Sequence record: PX423614.1
Source: a phage
Reading direction: 5' to 3' (one strand)
DNA: 64,000 bases
A program made the position numbers and the translations under genes. How positions within the stretch are numbered: position 1 is the stretch's first letter; every line of letters starts with the position of its first letter. The notes beneath the pieces are model-generated. The model did no database searches and had not been told where the DNA came from. It worked only from the letters and a program-made list of their open reading frames with translations. This document shows, one piece after another, positions 18,678 through 27,396 of the stretch.

Positions 18678-18849
18678 AGTGTGTAGCTTCTGTCAAAAGC
18701 AGAAGCTTCTTATCAATTTCAAGCTGAACGAGGAAACAGGTTTGGGTCATGCTTTTTGTCATGATTGCAGGTACTACCTTGAACAGAAGCAACACATAAA
18801 CTGGTTGCATTACTACAAACCTAACACCTACAAGCACAAGGTTATCTAA
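18664..18849 (+). CDS. small Cys-rich (zinc-ribbon-like) protein, possible GTG start
   Basis: In-frame GTG at 18664 after the ThyX-like stop; CSFCQK...CHDC pairs. Confidence 0.25.
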   Translation: MKPTKVCSFCQKQKLLINFKLNEETGLGHAFCHDCRYYLEQKQHINWLHYYKPNTYKHKVI

Positions 18850-19329
18850 ATGAAAGCTATTTTTGAAGGAAGAGAATATGATGTTCCTGAGTGGACCAAA
18901 TACATAGCCCGCGATTGTGATAATCAGGTTTGGGCATATGGAAATACACGACCTATGTTTAATGAAAACACTGGCAGTTGGTCTAATATGTCAAAACTAC
19001 CGGGATATATTCGGTTGCTTGGTTCTTCTAGGCGTCCTGTAGGTTTCGCTGCTGACTCTCTTGTTGAGGTCGGTGTTGAAAAAGGGGTAGACAAGCCAGA
19101 AACAATTTGGGTATTGTCTTCGAGTACTCCAATCAAAGGGAGTCGTGGGATTTCCTTCTACGTTGAGCCTGTCGCTTACTTCAAAAAGAAGCCAACCACC
19201 AACTCTCTGATGTTAAAGAACATTCCTTATTCCCAAGTTGCTACTCTGTTAGATAATGGAACAGTGCTTGTTGAGAATAATGGGACAAATCAAATCTTTT
19301 ATGATTTAGAAGAAAGGGTTTTGGAATGA
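18850..19329 (+). CDS. hypothetical protein (159 aa)
   Basis: ORF track. Confidence 0.5.
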   Translation: MKAIFEGREYDVPEWTKYIARDCDNQVWAYGNTRPMFNENTGSWSNMSKLPGYIRLLGSSRRPVGFAADSLVEVGVEKGVDKPETIWVLSSSTPIKGSRGISFYVEPVAYFKKKPTTNSLMLKNIPYSQVATLLDNGTVLVENNGTNQIFYDLEERVLE

Positions 19330-19646
19330 TCAACAATAATACATTTAGGACTGGTAACGGAAATGAAATCAGTCCTGCTGAAGTGATTAAACGACACAGA
19401 ACACAGATGCTTATCCACTCCTATTTGTATTATTGGTTGGATGACCCAATCTGGTCTGACGATAAGTGGCAACAAGTGGCTGATGACTTAACCACCTTGC
19501 AAGAGATGTATCCTGAGCCTATTGGATTCTTCGATTCAGAGTTCAATGGATGGAATGGCTCCACTGGTATGCATCTTCCTCATGACGAGCGTATAGCTTG
19601 TATGGCTACTGAAGTATACCGTTTACATAAGGACAAATCAATCTGA
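19326..19646 (+). CDS. hypothetical protein (106 aa)
   Basis: ORF track; ATGA overlap with upstream gene. Confidence 0.5.
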   Translation: MINNNTFRTGNGNEISPAEVIKRHRTQMLIHSYLYYWLDDPIWSDDKWQQVADDLTTLQEMYPEPIGFFDSEFNGWNGSTGMHLPHDERIACMATEVYRLHKDKSI

Positions 19647-19824
19647 AATGTTTTAAATGTGAATCAACTCTTCTCCATTTGGACTCGAAAGTAATACGGG
19701 AGCTTGCCAAAGGCTCCCCGACTAAAGGGAAGAATAAGAAGTTTGTCGAAATTAAGGTTATAGGTATCCATTGCTCAGAGTGTAAATCCTGTAGCTTCTT
19801 ATATGAAGAACACGGAGGTAGGAA

Positions 19825-20562
19825 ATGAGTCGTAGAGAATCTCGGAAAGCATCACGGAGAGAATTACGTCGTGAAGCTCTCGTCACCAAGAAAGGAAAGC
19901 GGGAATTTGAAGAAGTAGTTCTTGCTAAGCCGGTAGTACCTCAGAACCAATTCCAGAGTGAGCTGCTTGATGCAATTAAAACCAAACAGGTTGTATTCAC
20001 AGATGCTCCTGCTGGTTGTGGTAAGACCTTCGTAATTACTTCTACAGTAATTGATGCTCTGAAGAGTGGGAAGATTGAGAAGATTATCCTAAGCCGGCCT
20101 GCTGTTGGTATGGGTAATAGTCTTGGATTACTTCCCGGTGGGCTTCGTGAGAAGTTTGAACCATACCTAATGCCAATCGTTGATGTTATTACTCAGCGCT
20201 ACGGTAAAGGTTTCTACGAATGTCAAGTAGGTAATGGTAATATTGAGTTCGTACCTCTGGAATATCTACGTGGTCGCTCGTTCAACGATGCTGTCGTGAT
20301 TGTTGATGAGTTCCAGAACACTACTCCTGATGAAGCATATTCAATCATGACACGTCTTGGTGAAACCTCTCAGATGTTCTGCATGGGGGACACTAACCAG
20401 CACGACATGCGTGGTGAGAGCGGTCTTGATTGGGCTACTGATTTCATCTACCGTCACCAGTTATTTGAGTTTGCCGCTCTAGTAGATGGCGAATCAGATG
20501 ATATTGTTCGTTCAGGTTTCTGTAAAGCTATTGTTAAAGCAATGGAATCTGAAAAATCATAA
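19825..20562 (+). CDS. phoH: PhoH-like ATPase
   Basis: Walker A APAGCGKTF, Walker B VIVDEFQN, conserved PhoH region LSRPAVGMGNSLGLLPG; RBS GGAGGTAGG. Confidence 0.75.
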   Translation: MSRRESRKASRRELRREALVTKKGKREFEEVVLAKPVVPQNQFQSELLDAIKTKQVVFTDAPAGCGKTFVITSTVIDALKSGKIEKIILSRPAVGMGNSLGLLPGGLREKFEPYLMPIVDVITQRYGKGFYECQVGNGNIEFVPLEYLRGRSFNDAVVIVDEFQNTTPDEAYSIMTRLGETSQMFCMGDTNQHDMRGESGLDWATDFIYRHQLFEFAALVDGESDDIVRSGFCKAIVKAMESEKS

Positions 20563-20609
20563 ACATAATGTATACTCCTTAGTGTACACTGATATGTTAA
20601 GGAGTTGTG

Positions 20610-20924
20610 ATGACCGATAAGGCGAAACGTGATTATGCACAAGAACGAAGAACTGCAATCGCAAGGGGTGAGACCGGCGTTGGTAGCAAGAGCGGAGATG
20701 CTCAGCGCCACCGTGCACGTCGCATCGTTGAAAAGCGCGATGGAAAAGCTGCTGTCCGAGGTAAAGATGTTGGACACAAACGATCAATCAAGTCGGGAGG
20801 TTCTAATGCGTCAAGTAACTTACGTGTTGAATCAGTCTCTCGAAATCGCTCGAACGGCGGCAAAAGTGGAGATCGTGCTGGAAAATCAGCAGGCGGTCGC
20901 AAAGGAGCTTTAAGCTCAAGTTGA
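20610..20924 (+). CDS. small basic Gly/Ser/Arg-rich protein
   Basis: Strong RBS AAGGAG then GTGATG; followed directly by terminator; an alternative-frame ORF 20629..20913 overlaps. Confidence 0.4.
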   Translation: MTDKAKRDYAQERRTAIARGETGVGSKSGDAQRHRARRIVEKRDGKAAVRGKDVGHKRSIKSGGSNASSNLRVESVSRNRSNGGKSGDRAGKSAGGRKGALSSS

Positions 20925-20928
20925 TATA

Positions 20929-20960
20929 AGGCTACCCATTTCGGGTGGCCTTTTCTTTTA
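20929..20960 (+). terminator. rho-independent terminator
   Basis: AGGCTACCC / GGGTGGCCT stem (one G-U), 5-nt loop, then TTTTCTTTT. Confidence 0.6.
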
Positions 20961-20980
20961 TAGAACCTAAGGTAATAAAT

Positions 20981-21232
20981 ATGTCTAAAGTAACTTATAT
21001 CACTGTAACTGATTTCCTCCCTTCTCTGAACACAACTGAGAGCTATACTTTTCCTGTAGAAAATGTTACAAGCTCTGTTGAAATGATTAAGTTTAATCAA
21101 ACAACAGCTCGTACTAACGTGGCTCTTCGTGGTCCTGATGGCAAGTTCATCTCCTTCCGTGATAAGGTTGTTCCTAAGCGTATTGCTAAATCTATTGAAA
21201 ATCTGAAACCTTTCCCTAACTTTGGTGCATAA
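20981..21232 (+). CDS. small protein, paralogue family C member 1
   Basis: RBS AAGG then ATG 20981; C-terminal TTARTNVALRGPDGKFISFRD...NLKPFP shared with next ORF. Confidence 0.5.
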   Translation: MSKVTYITVTDFLPSLNTTESYTFPVENVTSSVEMIKFNQTTARTNVALRGPDGKFISFRDKVVPKRIAKSIENLKPFPNFGA

Positions 21233-21233
21233 T

Positions 21234-21491
21234 ATGAAGATTAGCTTAATCCAAATTCGTGATCATCTCTTTAATGGTGACGCTCAGACTCATGACTACA
21301 AGGTTAATCAAGGACAACACCCTACCAATCACCTGATTGGAGGGATTTCTTTATTACCTAATAAAACAGCACGGACTAATGTAATGATTCGTGGTAAGGA
21401 TGGTAAATTCCTCTCTTATCGTGACCCTGAAATCTGTGCTATTGTTCGTACAGCCATGAACAACCTAAAACCATTCCCGACAGTGGAGTAA
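21234..21491 (+). CDS. small protein, paralogue family C member 2
   Basis: KTARTNVMIRGKDGKFLSYRD...NLKPFP; start overlaps previous stop. Confidence 0.5.
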   Translation: MKISLIQIRDHLFNGDAQTHDYKVNQGQHPTNHLIGGISLLPNKTARTNVMIRGKDGKFLSYRDPEICAIVRTAMNNLKPFPTVE

Positions 21492-21494
21492 GTT

Positions 21495-21848
21495 ATGCCA
21501 GTACCTCAACGCCTAGAACGTCACTGCGTTCTCAAATGGGATAATATTCATGATAACCTCTCTATTCAAGAGTTTCGTCAGTTTATCGAATTGACAGCGA
21601 AGATTAACCGAAACCAACCAGCTCGAAACTTTGTGGTGGTTAGCGATAAGTATCCAGAGCTGTATGAGCAGGTGTGGGGGATGAAACTAGCACAGGTTCA
21701 GAGGAATAGTAATGAACGGAGAGAAGCTCGTAGACAGCGAGCAGAAGATGTTCCAGCAGTCTTTTATGTGGATGAATTGGCTGATTCATATGAAGCTTTA
21801 GATATTGTTGAAGACAACCAAGCATTCACAGATTTAATATACCAATAA
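21495..21848 (+). CDS. hypothetical protein (117 aa)
   Basis: ORF track. Confidence 0.5.
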   Translation: MPVPQRLERHCVLKWDNIHDNLSIQEFRQFIELTAKINRNQPARNFVVVSDKYPELYEQVWGMKLAQVQRNSNERREARRQRAEDVPAVFYVDELADSYEALDIVEDNQAFTDLIYQ

Positions 21849-21861
21849 CTATAAGGAGTGG

Positions 21862-23556
21862 GTGATGGATAACCCTGATAAGTTACCTTTCATAACGGAG
21901 ATGACAGTCGCTGATATAATCTCAAAACAGGCGAAGCATGGAGTCAACTTCAACAGAAGAAACGCTCGGTGGTTTGTTCACCTTCTCAAAGAGATTATTG
22001 TCAATATTGATAAAGAACTGATTCCTCTCCTCCCCAAAATGCGGGTGGATGGTTCAACTTATTCCAAACCTTTTAAGAAGTCCGGTGCTTTACAGAAGTG
22101 GCCTCAACTCTATTGTGATAGGGTTGGTCTTAAAAGAGAAGATATCGGTGGGGCGTTTACTTGCGTTGAGTATGTAGACTTTGACCCATCAAAAGATGCA
22201 CGTATCAAAGAAGCCTTGATGGATGAAGGTTTTATACCTCCAGAGTGGAATTATTCTAAGAAACCTTGGAATACTTTTGAAATTCGTAAAGCTATGAAGA
22301 AGTATGGTACATACTCTGCATGGTATTCTGCTTGGATTCGAGGTAACGCTAAAGAGAAACAGACAGCAGAGATGATAGATGCTGATATCCGAAGGTTTTT
22401 GGATAAACACTTCCGTTATCATACTGTCAATTATATGAAAGCCTATGTCAGCGGTTTAGGTCTTAACCCTAACAGGAAGAAGCCTGTAACCTTTGATGAA
22501 ATCAAAAAAGTTTTGGCTACATCAAACAAGTGGCCTACAGCCCCTACAAACCTTGAGGAGACTCTTGAAGAGGGGCTTGGGGGTGAGCTAGGGGGTGTAG
22601 GAAGTTTGCTTAAGAGACGCGTTGTAGCGGCTCACAGGCTAGGTTTGATTAGCGGGCTTATCGACAAGGAACGTAAAGATGGTAAGTTGTCCGCCGAAGC
22701 TAATAGCTGCGCTACTCCGACATTTCGTTTTAAACATCGCATTGTTGTTAATATTCCTTCTCGCGGTTTGTTTGGTCACGAGTGCCGCAGTCTTTTTCAA
22801 TCTGACTATTCCTCAGACGATAGTCATAACCATCCTTTCATCATTACCAACCATATCCCTGATGGGTGTTACGTACGAAAGGGTACTAACATTATCTATG
22901 AAATGGGAAAACCGGGCAAGAAAGACAAACCAATAGGTGCTTATAAATTTTATGTACCTGCTGGTCGTGAAGTCTTCTTAGGTTATGATGGCTCTGGTCT
23001 TGAGCTGAGGATGCTCGCTCACTACCTTATCAAAGAGTGTCGTGAGATGCTCGCTGAAGCAGAGCGGGAAAACAACCCAGCTAAGAAACGGGAAGCTGAA
23101 CGCGGTCTAGCTTCTGCTGTTATGTACAGAGATATTCTTTTAGAAGGAGATATTCACTCACATAACCAAAAACTTGCTGGCCTTCCTACTCGTGATAATG
23201 CTAAAACATTTATCTACGCATTCAACTACGGAGCTGGTGACGCTAAGTTAGGAAGCATCGTAGGTGGTGGCTCTGACGAAGGGGCTATCATGAGAGCAAG
23301 ATTCTTAGCAGAGAATCCTTGTATTGCAATCCTTATTGAACGTATGACAGAGAAAGCACAAAGTGGATATATCTACGGTGTGGATGGACGTCGTATTACA
23401 ATGAGAAGAGATGCAACTGGAAAGGTTATGGTCCATAAAGCCTTAAATACGCTCCTACAGAGCGCTGGGGCGATTGTTATGAAGTATGCAATGCTATTCC
23501 TCAATAAATGGATTGAGCGTGATGGTGTTCGTTGTGCGAAGGTTATCGACATGCAT
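21862..23556 (+). CDS. family A DNA polymerase, polymerase domain, exon 1 (ends within motif C)
   Basis: Motif A YDGSGLELR, motif B RDNAKTFIYAFNYGAG; track ORF continues to a stop at 23577, but reading stops being polymerase-like after ...AKVIDMH. Confidence 0.65.
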
Positions 23557-24164
23557 AAACTTTCATTGTGCATGTAAAAGTTGGTGAACTCGGTGAAACC
23601 CTACCATTAAGTTGGGGGCAATACCGAGCTAAGCTATTAGGAGATGATATGGCTAAGAAAACTCTTGTTTTGGAAACAACCGAAACAGGGTGTATCATCC
23701 CTATCTCACACAAACTTAACAAAGATGGTTATTTCAGAAAAGTAATAGATGGCAAATGGGTCATGTATCATAGATATGTTTGGGAAGAATCTTTTGGTTC
23801 TATTCCTGATGGTTATGAAATAAATCACAAATGCAAGAATAGGGCTTGTTCCAATCTTGAGCACTTAGAAATGATTGAAGGTTCAGAACATGCAATAGAA
23901 TCAAACACTGGAAGAAATGGAGATAGACAAGAAGCTGCAAGGCTTTATTGGCTAGAAACAGAATGCTCTGGTGTACATCTTGCAGAGAAGTTTGGTGTGA
24001 GCTTCGGAATCGGTTGTAGATGGATTCGGAAGTGGAAAGTGTAGAGACTATCCTAAGGGAGTAGGGGGTTAACAGGGAAACCCTCGAAGCGCCAACAACA
24101 GCAAATTAGCTATGCTGTTATGATATAGTCCGATACCCGAAGTAATTTGGGAATAACATAAATG
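23557..24164 (+). mobile_element. putative group I intron carrying an HNH homing endonuclease ORF, inserted at polymerase motif C
   Basis: Upstream exon ends with T (cat), insert ends with G, downstream codons GAT GAA restore ...VIDMH|DEGQF (HDE motif C); an HNH ORF lies inside. Confidence 0.5.
23649..24044 (+). CDS. HNH homing endonuclease
   Basis: RBS AGGAG before ATG 23649; YEINHKCKNRACSNLEHLE HNH motif. Confidence 0.65.
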   Translation: MAKKTLVLETTETGCIIPISHKLNKDGYFRKVIDGKWVMYHRYVWEESFGSIPDGYEINHKCKNRACSNLEHLEMIEGSEHAIESNTGRNGDRQEAARLYWLETECSGVHLAEKFGVSFGIGCRWIRKWKV

Positions 24165-24317
24165 GATGAAGGCCAGTTCACTGTACATCGTGATGATGTT
24201 AATATTCTGCGCACTCTCACTGAAGAGTGTGTCCGTAAAGCAGGGGAATACCTCAAGATGGAATGTCCTCTTGCATCAGATTGTAAGATTGGGCTTAACT
24301 GGAATCATACTCACTAA
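24165..24317 (+). CDS. DNA polymerase C-terminal exon (motif C to C-terminus)
   Basis: DEGQFTVHRDD...CPLASDCKIGLNWNHTH resembles the T7 DNA polymerase C-terminus (...LDTEGKMGPNWAICH) as recalled from memory; 51 codons, below the ORF track cutoff. Confidence 0.55.
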   Translation, partial: DEGQFTVHRDDVNILRTLTEECVRKAGEYLKMECPLASDCKIGLNWNHTH

Positions 24318-24628
24318 TGATTGATATCAAAACTGAAGTTAAATATAATCCCAAGCTCAATTTTGATGCTTGGGCAAAACTGATTCTTGATATACCTCTC
24401 CAAGATGTGGGTTACACACAAGTAACCTGCACAGCAGAAATTCCTACTCATGGGTTACGTCCGTGGAAAGGCGTATCAGTTGTAGATGTGATAAAAGAGA
24501 TGGTTAAAAGATGTGCCACTCAGTACGGAGGTGCATTAGAAGGTCGTCATTTCTACTACACCCGTAAGCAGGAGTCAACACAATACGAAACTTTCATTGA
24601 AGTTAACCTCTTTGTGGTGGAGAAGTAG
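24317..24628 (+). CDS. hypothetical protein (103 aa)
   Basis: ORF track; start overlaps polymerase stop. Confidence 0.45.
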   Translation: MIDIKTEVKYNPKLNFDAWAKLILDIPLQDVGYTQVTCTAEIPTHGLRPWKGVSVVDVIKEMVKRCATQYGGALEGRHFYYTRKQESTQYETFIEVNLFVVEK

Positions 24629-24709
24629 TGACTAGTTCAGTGGAAGAGTTGAATGGTATTACGAAATGAACTAGTCTTATTGATTAGTTCTTTTTAAGGA
24701 GACAAGGAA

Positions 24710-24844
24710 GTGGAAGAAGTAAAAAGTTCTGAATGGTGCTTGAAGCAACAAAAGCTCGCACAGGATGAAGGTCGTTTTGAAGACGCTAAAGCTTATGGTG
24801 AATTATTTCAAACATGGGTAGAACGAGAGGAGAAAGCTAAATGA
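24710..24844 (+). CDS. hypothetical small protein (44 aa, GTG start)
   Basis: RBS AAGGAG, GTG 24710; short ORF not in track. Confidence 0.2.
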   Translation: MEEVKSSEWCLKQQKLAQDEGRFEDAKAYGELFQTWVEREEKAK

Positions 24845-25008
24845 TGGACCTGATTCGTAAACCCGCCCCAAAGTGGAACATCTATTACCAAGATTCCACT
24901 GGTAAATTTCATAACCAACTGGTTTATACTGATGAAGAGCGCGATGAAGTCGTTGCTCAGATTGAAGCAGATGGTGGTACAGTTCTCAAAATCTACGAAA
25001 GGAATTAA
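24841..25008 (+). CDS. hypothetical small protein (55 aa)
   Basis: ATGA overlap with previous ORF; MMDLIRKPAPKWNIYYQD... Confidence 0.3.
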   Translation: MMDLIRKPAPKWNIYYQDSTGKFHNQLVYTDEERDEVVAQIEADGGTVLKIYERN

Positions 25009-25010
25009 TA

Positions 25011-25253
25011 GTGACTCTAACCTCTAAAGAATTAAAAGAAACTCTGGAAACAACCGAAGGTAAACAACATCTCCTTGCACAGATTCACTCTATGGGTAAG
25101 GATACCTTACGTCAAGCTTTGTATGAACTGACTACTGCTGTTATCCAGATTGAAGCTAACGCTGAAGAAAGTTTGATTAAGTTAGAAGCTGCTAATGCAG
25201 AAATCAATGGATTGAAGGTTCGTATTATCGAGCTGGAAACACAAAATAAATAA
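25011..25253 (+). CDS. hypothetical coiled-coil protein (80 aa)
   Basis: ORF track; followed by terminator. Confidence 0.4.
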   Translation: MTLTSKELKETLETTEGKQHLLAQIHSMGKDTLRQALYELTTAVIQIEANAEESLIKLEAANAEINGLKVRIIELETQNK

Positions 25254-25278
25254 GCTACCTTCGGGTGGCTTTTCTTGT
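25253..25278 (+). terminator. rho-independent terminator with UUCG tetraloop
   Basis: AGCTACC-TTCG-GGTGGCT followed by TTTCTTGT. Confidence 0.65.
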
Positions 25279-25291
25279 CTAAGGAGCTGGT

Positions 25292-25684
25292 ATGAAGATT
25301 GGCTTAGATTATGACGACACTTTTACAGCGGACAAAGAGATGTGGACACATATCATAGGACTTATGAAGTCCCGTGGTCATGATGTTCGTATCGTGACTT
25401 ACCGATTCGCTGAACCTAATGGGTATACAAATGAAGAACTACTGGCAGATGCAGCAAGTCTAGATATTCCTGTTATCTTTTGCAACGGTGTTCAGAAGGA
25501 TTCCGTCACTCAGAGCTTGGGTTTCTTTGTGGATGTTTGGATTGATGACTTCCCTGTAGGTATCCCTAAAATGGACCACCTAGATGGTATGCTGAAGGGC
25601 GTAAGGCTTAATGACCTTAGAGCAGCACCTCCGGTAGAAATAGCCTCTCCTGTATACTCTGAAGAGCCTCTGGTGATACGATGA
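25292..25684 (+). CDS. HAD-superfamily phosphatase-like protein (possible 5'-deoxynucleotidase)
   Basis: N-terminal IGLDYDDTF matches HAD motif I DxDx[TV]; RBS AAGGAG. Confidence 0.45.
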   Translation: MKIGLDYDDTFTADKEMWTHIIGLMKSRGHDVRIVTYRFAEPNGYTNEELLADAASLDIPVIFCNGVQKDSVTQSLGFFVDVWIDDFPVGIPKMDHLDGMLKGVRLNDLRAAPPVEIASPVYSEEPLVIR

Positions 25685-25860
25685 AGAAGTTTCTAATCTG
25701 GTCTATTGTAATTGCTCTGTTTCTTTGGGTGATGGATGCTCTTGGAGATTACAGTAAAGAAGATTGCGAGACTCGAATCTCAAAAGAGTTTAAATCAGAG
25801 ACCAAGTGGGTTGATGGTCGCTGTTATGTTGAAGGTTGGAGTCGTACTACAACTCGTTAA
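25682..25860 (+). CDS. small membrane protein (59 aa)
   Basis: ATGA overlap; hydrophobic segment LIWSIVIALFLWVM. Confidence 0.3.
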
Positions 25861-25871
25861 TAAGGATTAAA

Positions 25872-26096
25872 ATGATTTACGTTCACACCTATAAGATTGG
25901 AAAGAAAATAGTTGACCGAATTCACTATGATGAAGCGGAAGCTCAGGCTTCTCTAGCGGTTCTTGGTGGCAAGGTTAAGAATTACATAGAGGCTGATAAA
26001 CCGACTAAGGGCGTCCCTATTCTAGAGTATCTCGGGACAAACAACCCAGTAACAGCGATGACTGTTATCAACAGTAAACAAAGGGAGTTGCTATAA
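25872..26096 (+). CDS. hypothetical small protein
   Basis: ATG 25872 with AAGGA RBS; inside track ORF 25836..26096. Confidence 0.4.
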   Translation: MIYVHTYKIGKKIVDRIHYDEAEAQASLAVLGGKVKNYIEADKPTKGVPILEYLGTNNPVTAMTVINSKQRELL

Positions 26097-26299
26097 TGTC
26101 TAATGAATATATTATTAAAAATGATGCGACAGGTTTGTTTCAATTTATCACAGATGCGACAGATTATGGGCAACTTATCAACTTTGTAGAGCTTGCAAAG
26201 CTCAAGGAAGAAATTGATGCTTTATATGCCGATGAGCAATCTCGTCTCTTACAAGAATCCTTGAGTGGAGATTATATCTGCGATGGTTGCACTATCTAA
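26096..26299 (+). CDS. hypothetical small protein (67 aa)
   Basis: ORF track; start overlaps upstream stop. Confidence 0.4.
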   Translation: MSNEYIIKNDATGLFQFITDATDYGQLINFVELAKLKEEIDALYADEQSRLLQESLSGDYICDGCTI

Positions 26300-26450
26300 A
26301 CGGTATAAAGTCTGGCTAGACGAAGGGGCTGAGTATTCTGAGGGTTTTGGCTGGAGAGTTATTTTAGAAACAGACGATAGGGAGGAGGCTGAAACGAAAG
26401 CTGAATCCTTCAACTACTCATATTACGAGGACACATACGAGAATGGCTGA
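26265..26450 (+). CDS. hypothetical small acidic protein (61 aa)
   Basis: ORF track; overlaps neighbours. Confidence 0.3.
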   Translation: MEIISAMVALSKRYKVWLDEGAEYSEGFGWRVILETDDREEAETKAESFNYSYYEDTYENG

Positions 26451-27063
26451 AGTTTATTTTGCAGGTGATGGTCACCTAGGCCATCGTAACATCTGTAAAT
26501 TTAGGAAGAAGTTTAGTAGTATTGAAGAACATGATAAAGCTATCTTAGCAGCGTTTGATCATGTTACTAAACGCGATAAAACTTTCTTTACAGGTGACTG
26601 GGTGTTTGAGAAGTATGCACTTGATATTATCGCTGAAGTAAAGGGAGAGAAACATCTTGTCTTAGGGAACCATGACAGATTAGAACTTCTCCCTGATATG
26701 ATGAAAGTCTTTAGACACATCAGTGGTGATTATAAATACAAAGAATTTTGGGTAACTCATATTCCTATTCACTCTGATGAAATGAGAGGGAAGTATAATA
26801 TCTATGCTCATACTCATAATTCTACTATTAGAGATTGGAGATACTTTTGTACTTCAATGGAACAAATTGATTACAGAGCTGTGTCTCTGCAAGAAATTAG
26901 AAAAGAATTAGAAAGTAGGAAAGATTGGGTAGCTTCTTTATTACAAAAAGATTATCCAGTTACTGATAAAGTACAAGAGATGTTAAGCAAACAAGCAGAA
27001 TCTAACTTACCTTATCAGAGAACAGTAGAACAAACCAGTTTTAAAGGTCTTTTAGAATGGTAG
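26443..27063 (+). CDS. calcineurin-like metallophosphoesterase (Ser/Thr phosphatase-like)
   Basis: GDGHLGH, GDWV, GNHD and HTH motifs in canonical order. Confidence 0.65.
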   Translation: MAEVYFAGDGHLGHRNICKFRKKFSSIEEHDKAILAAFDHVTKRDKTFFTGDWVFEKYALDIIAEVKGEKHLVLGNHDRLELLPDMMKVFRHISGDYKYKEFWVTHIPIHSDEMRGKYNIYAHTHNSTIRDWRYFCTSMEQIDYRAVSLQEIRKELESRKDWVASLLQKDYPVTDKVQEMLSKQAESNLPYQRTVEQTSFKGLLEW

Positions 27064-27396
27064 AAGTTATTGTTTTAAGTTAAGTTTTCTTTTGATTTTA
27101 ATAGAGAATCAAAGTCCTAGGAGTCCTCAACCTAAATCAAGGATTTCCTTAATTCTCTATTTTTATCTCGCAGGTGTCTCCTGCCCTTCGGTACTTGCAA
27201 GGGTTACAATGATTGCCCAATATACAAGCCTGCAATAGCTTTACTAGCTATACCATATATACATTACTACTTGTCATTATCTACTACCAAAAAGGTTATA
27301 GTATAATAGAACCTTATCTGTATAAGTGTAATGTATATAGTATACAAACCGCTCAAAGAGAGCAACAATCTTAAATCTATATAAGGAAATATTAAT
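27064..27396. promoter_or_regulatory. long AT-rich noncoding region with inverted repeats and promoter-like elements (candidate promoter cluster / origin)
   Basis: 333-bp gap in otherwise tightly packed genome; TAGAGAAT...ATTCTCTA inverted repeat; perfect TATAAT at 27302-27307; two copies of the AATGTATATA-type motif in opposite orientation (27256-27266, 27328-27339). Confidence 0.4.

Noticed and set aside
20629-20913. Alternative-frame ORF (94 aa) overlapping the 20610..20924 call
   Set aside because: The 20610 frame has the stronger RBS (AAGGAG) and GTGATG start, and its stop abuts the terminator; the two cannot both be coding along the whole overlap. Choice remains uncertain
27064-27396. 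Possible tRNA or small RNA gene in the long intergenic gap
   Set aside because: No cloverleaf with acceptor stem and T-loop consensus (GTTC-A-NNC) found by eye; cannot be excluded without tRNAscan/Infernal
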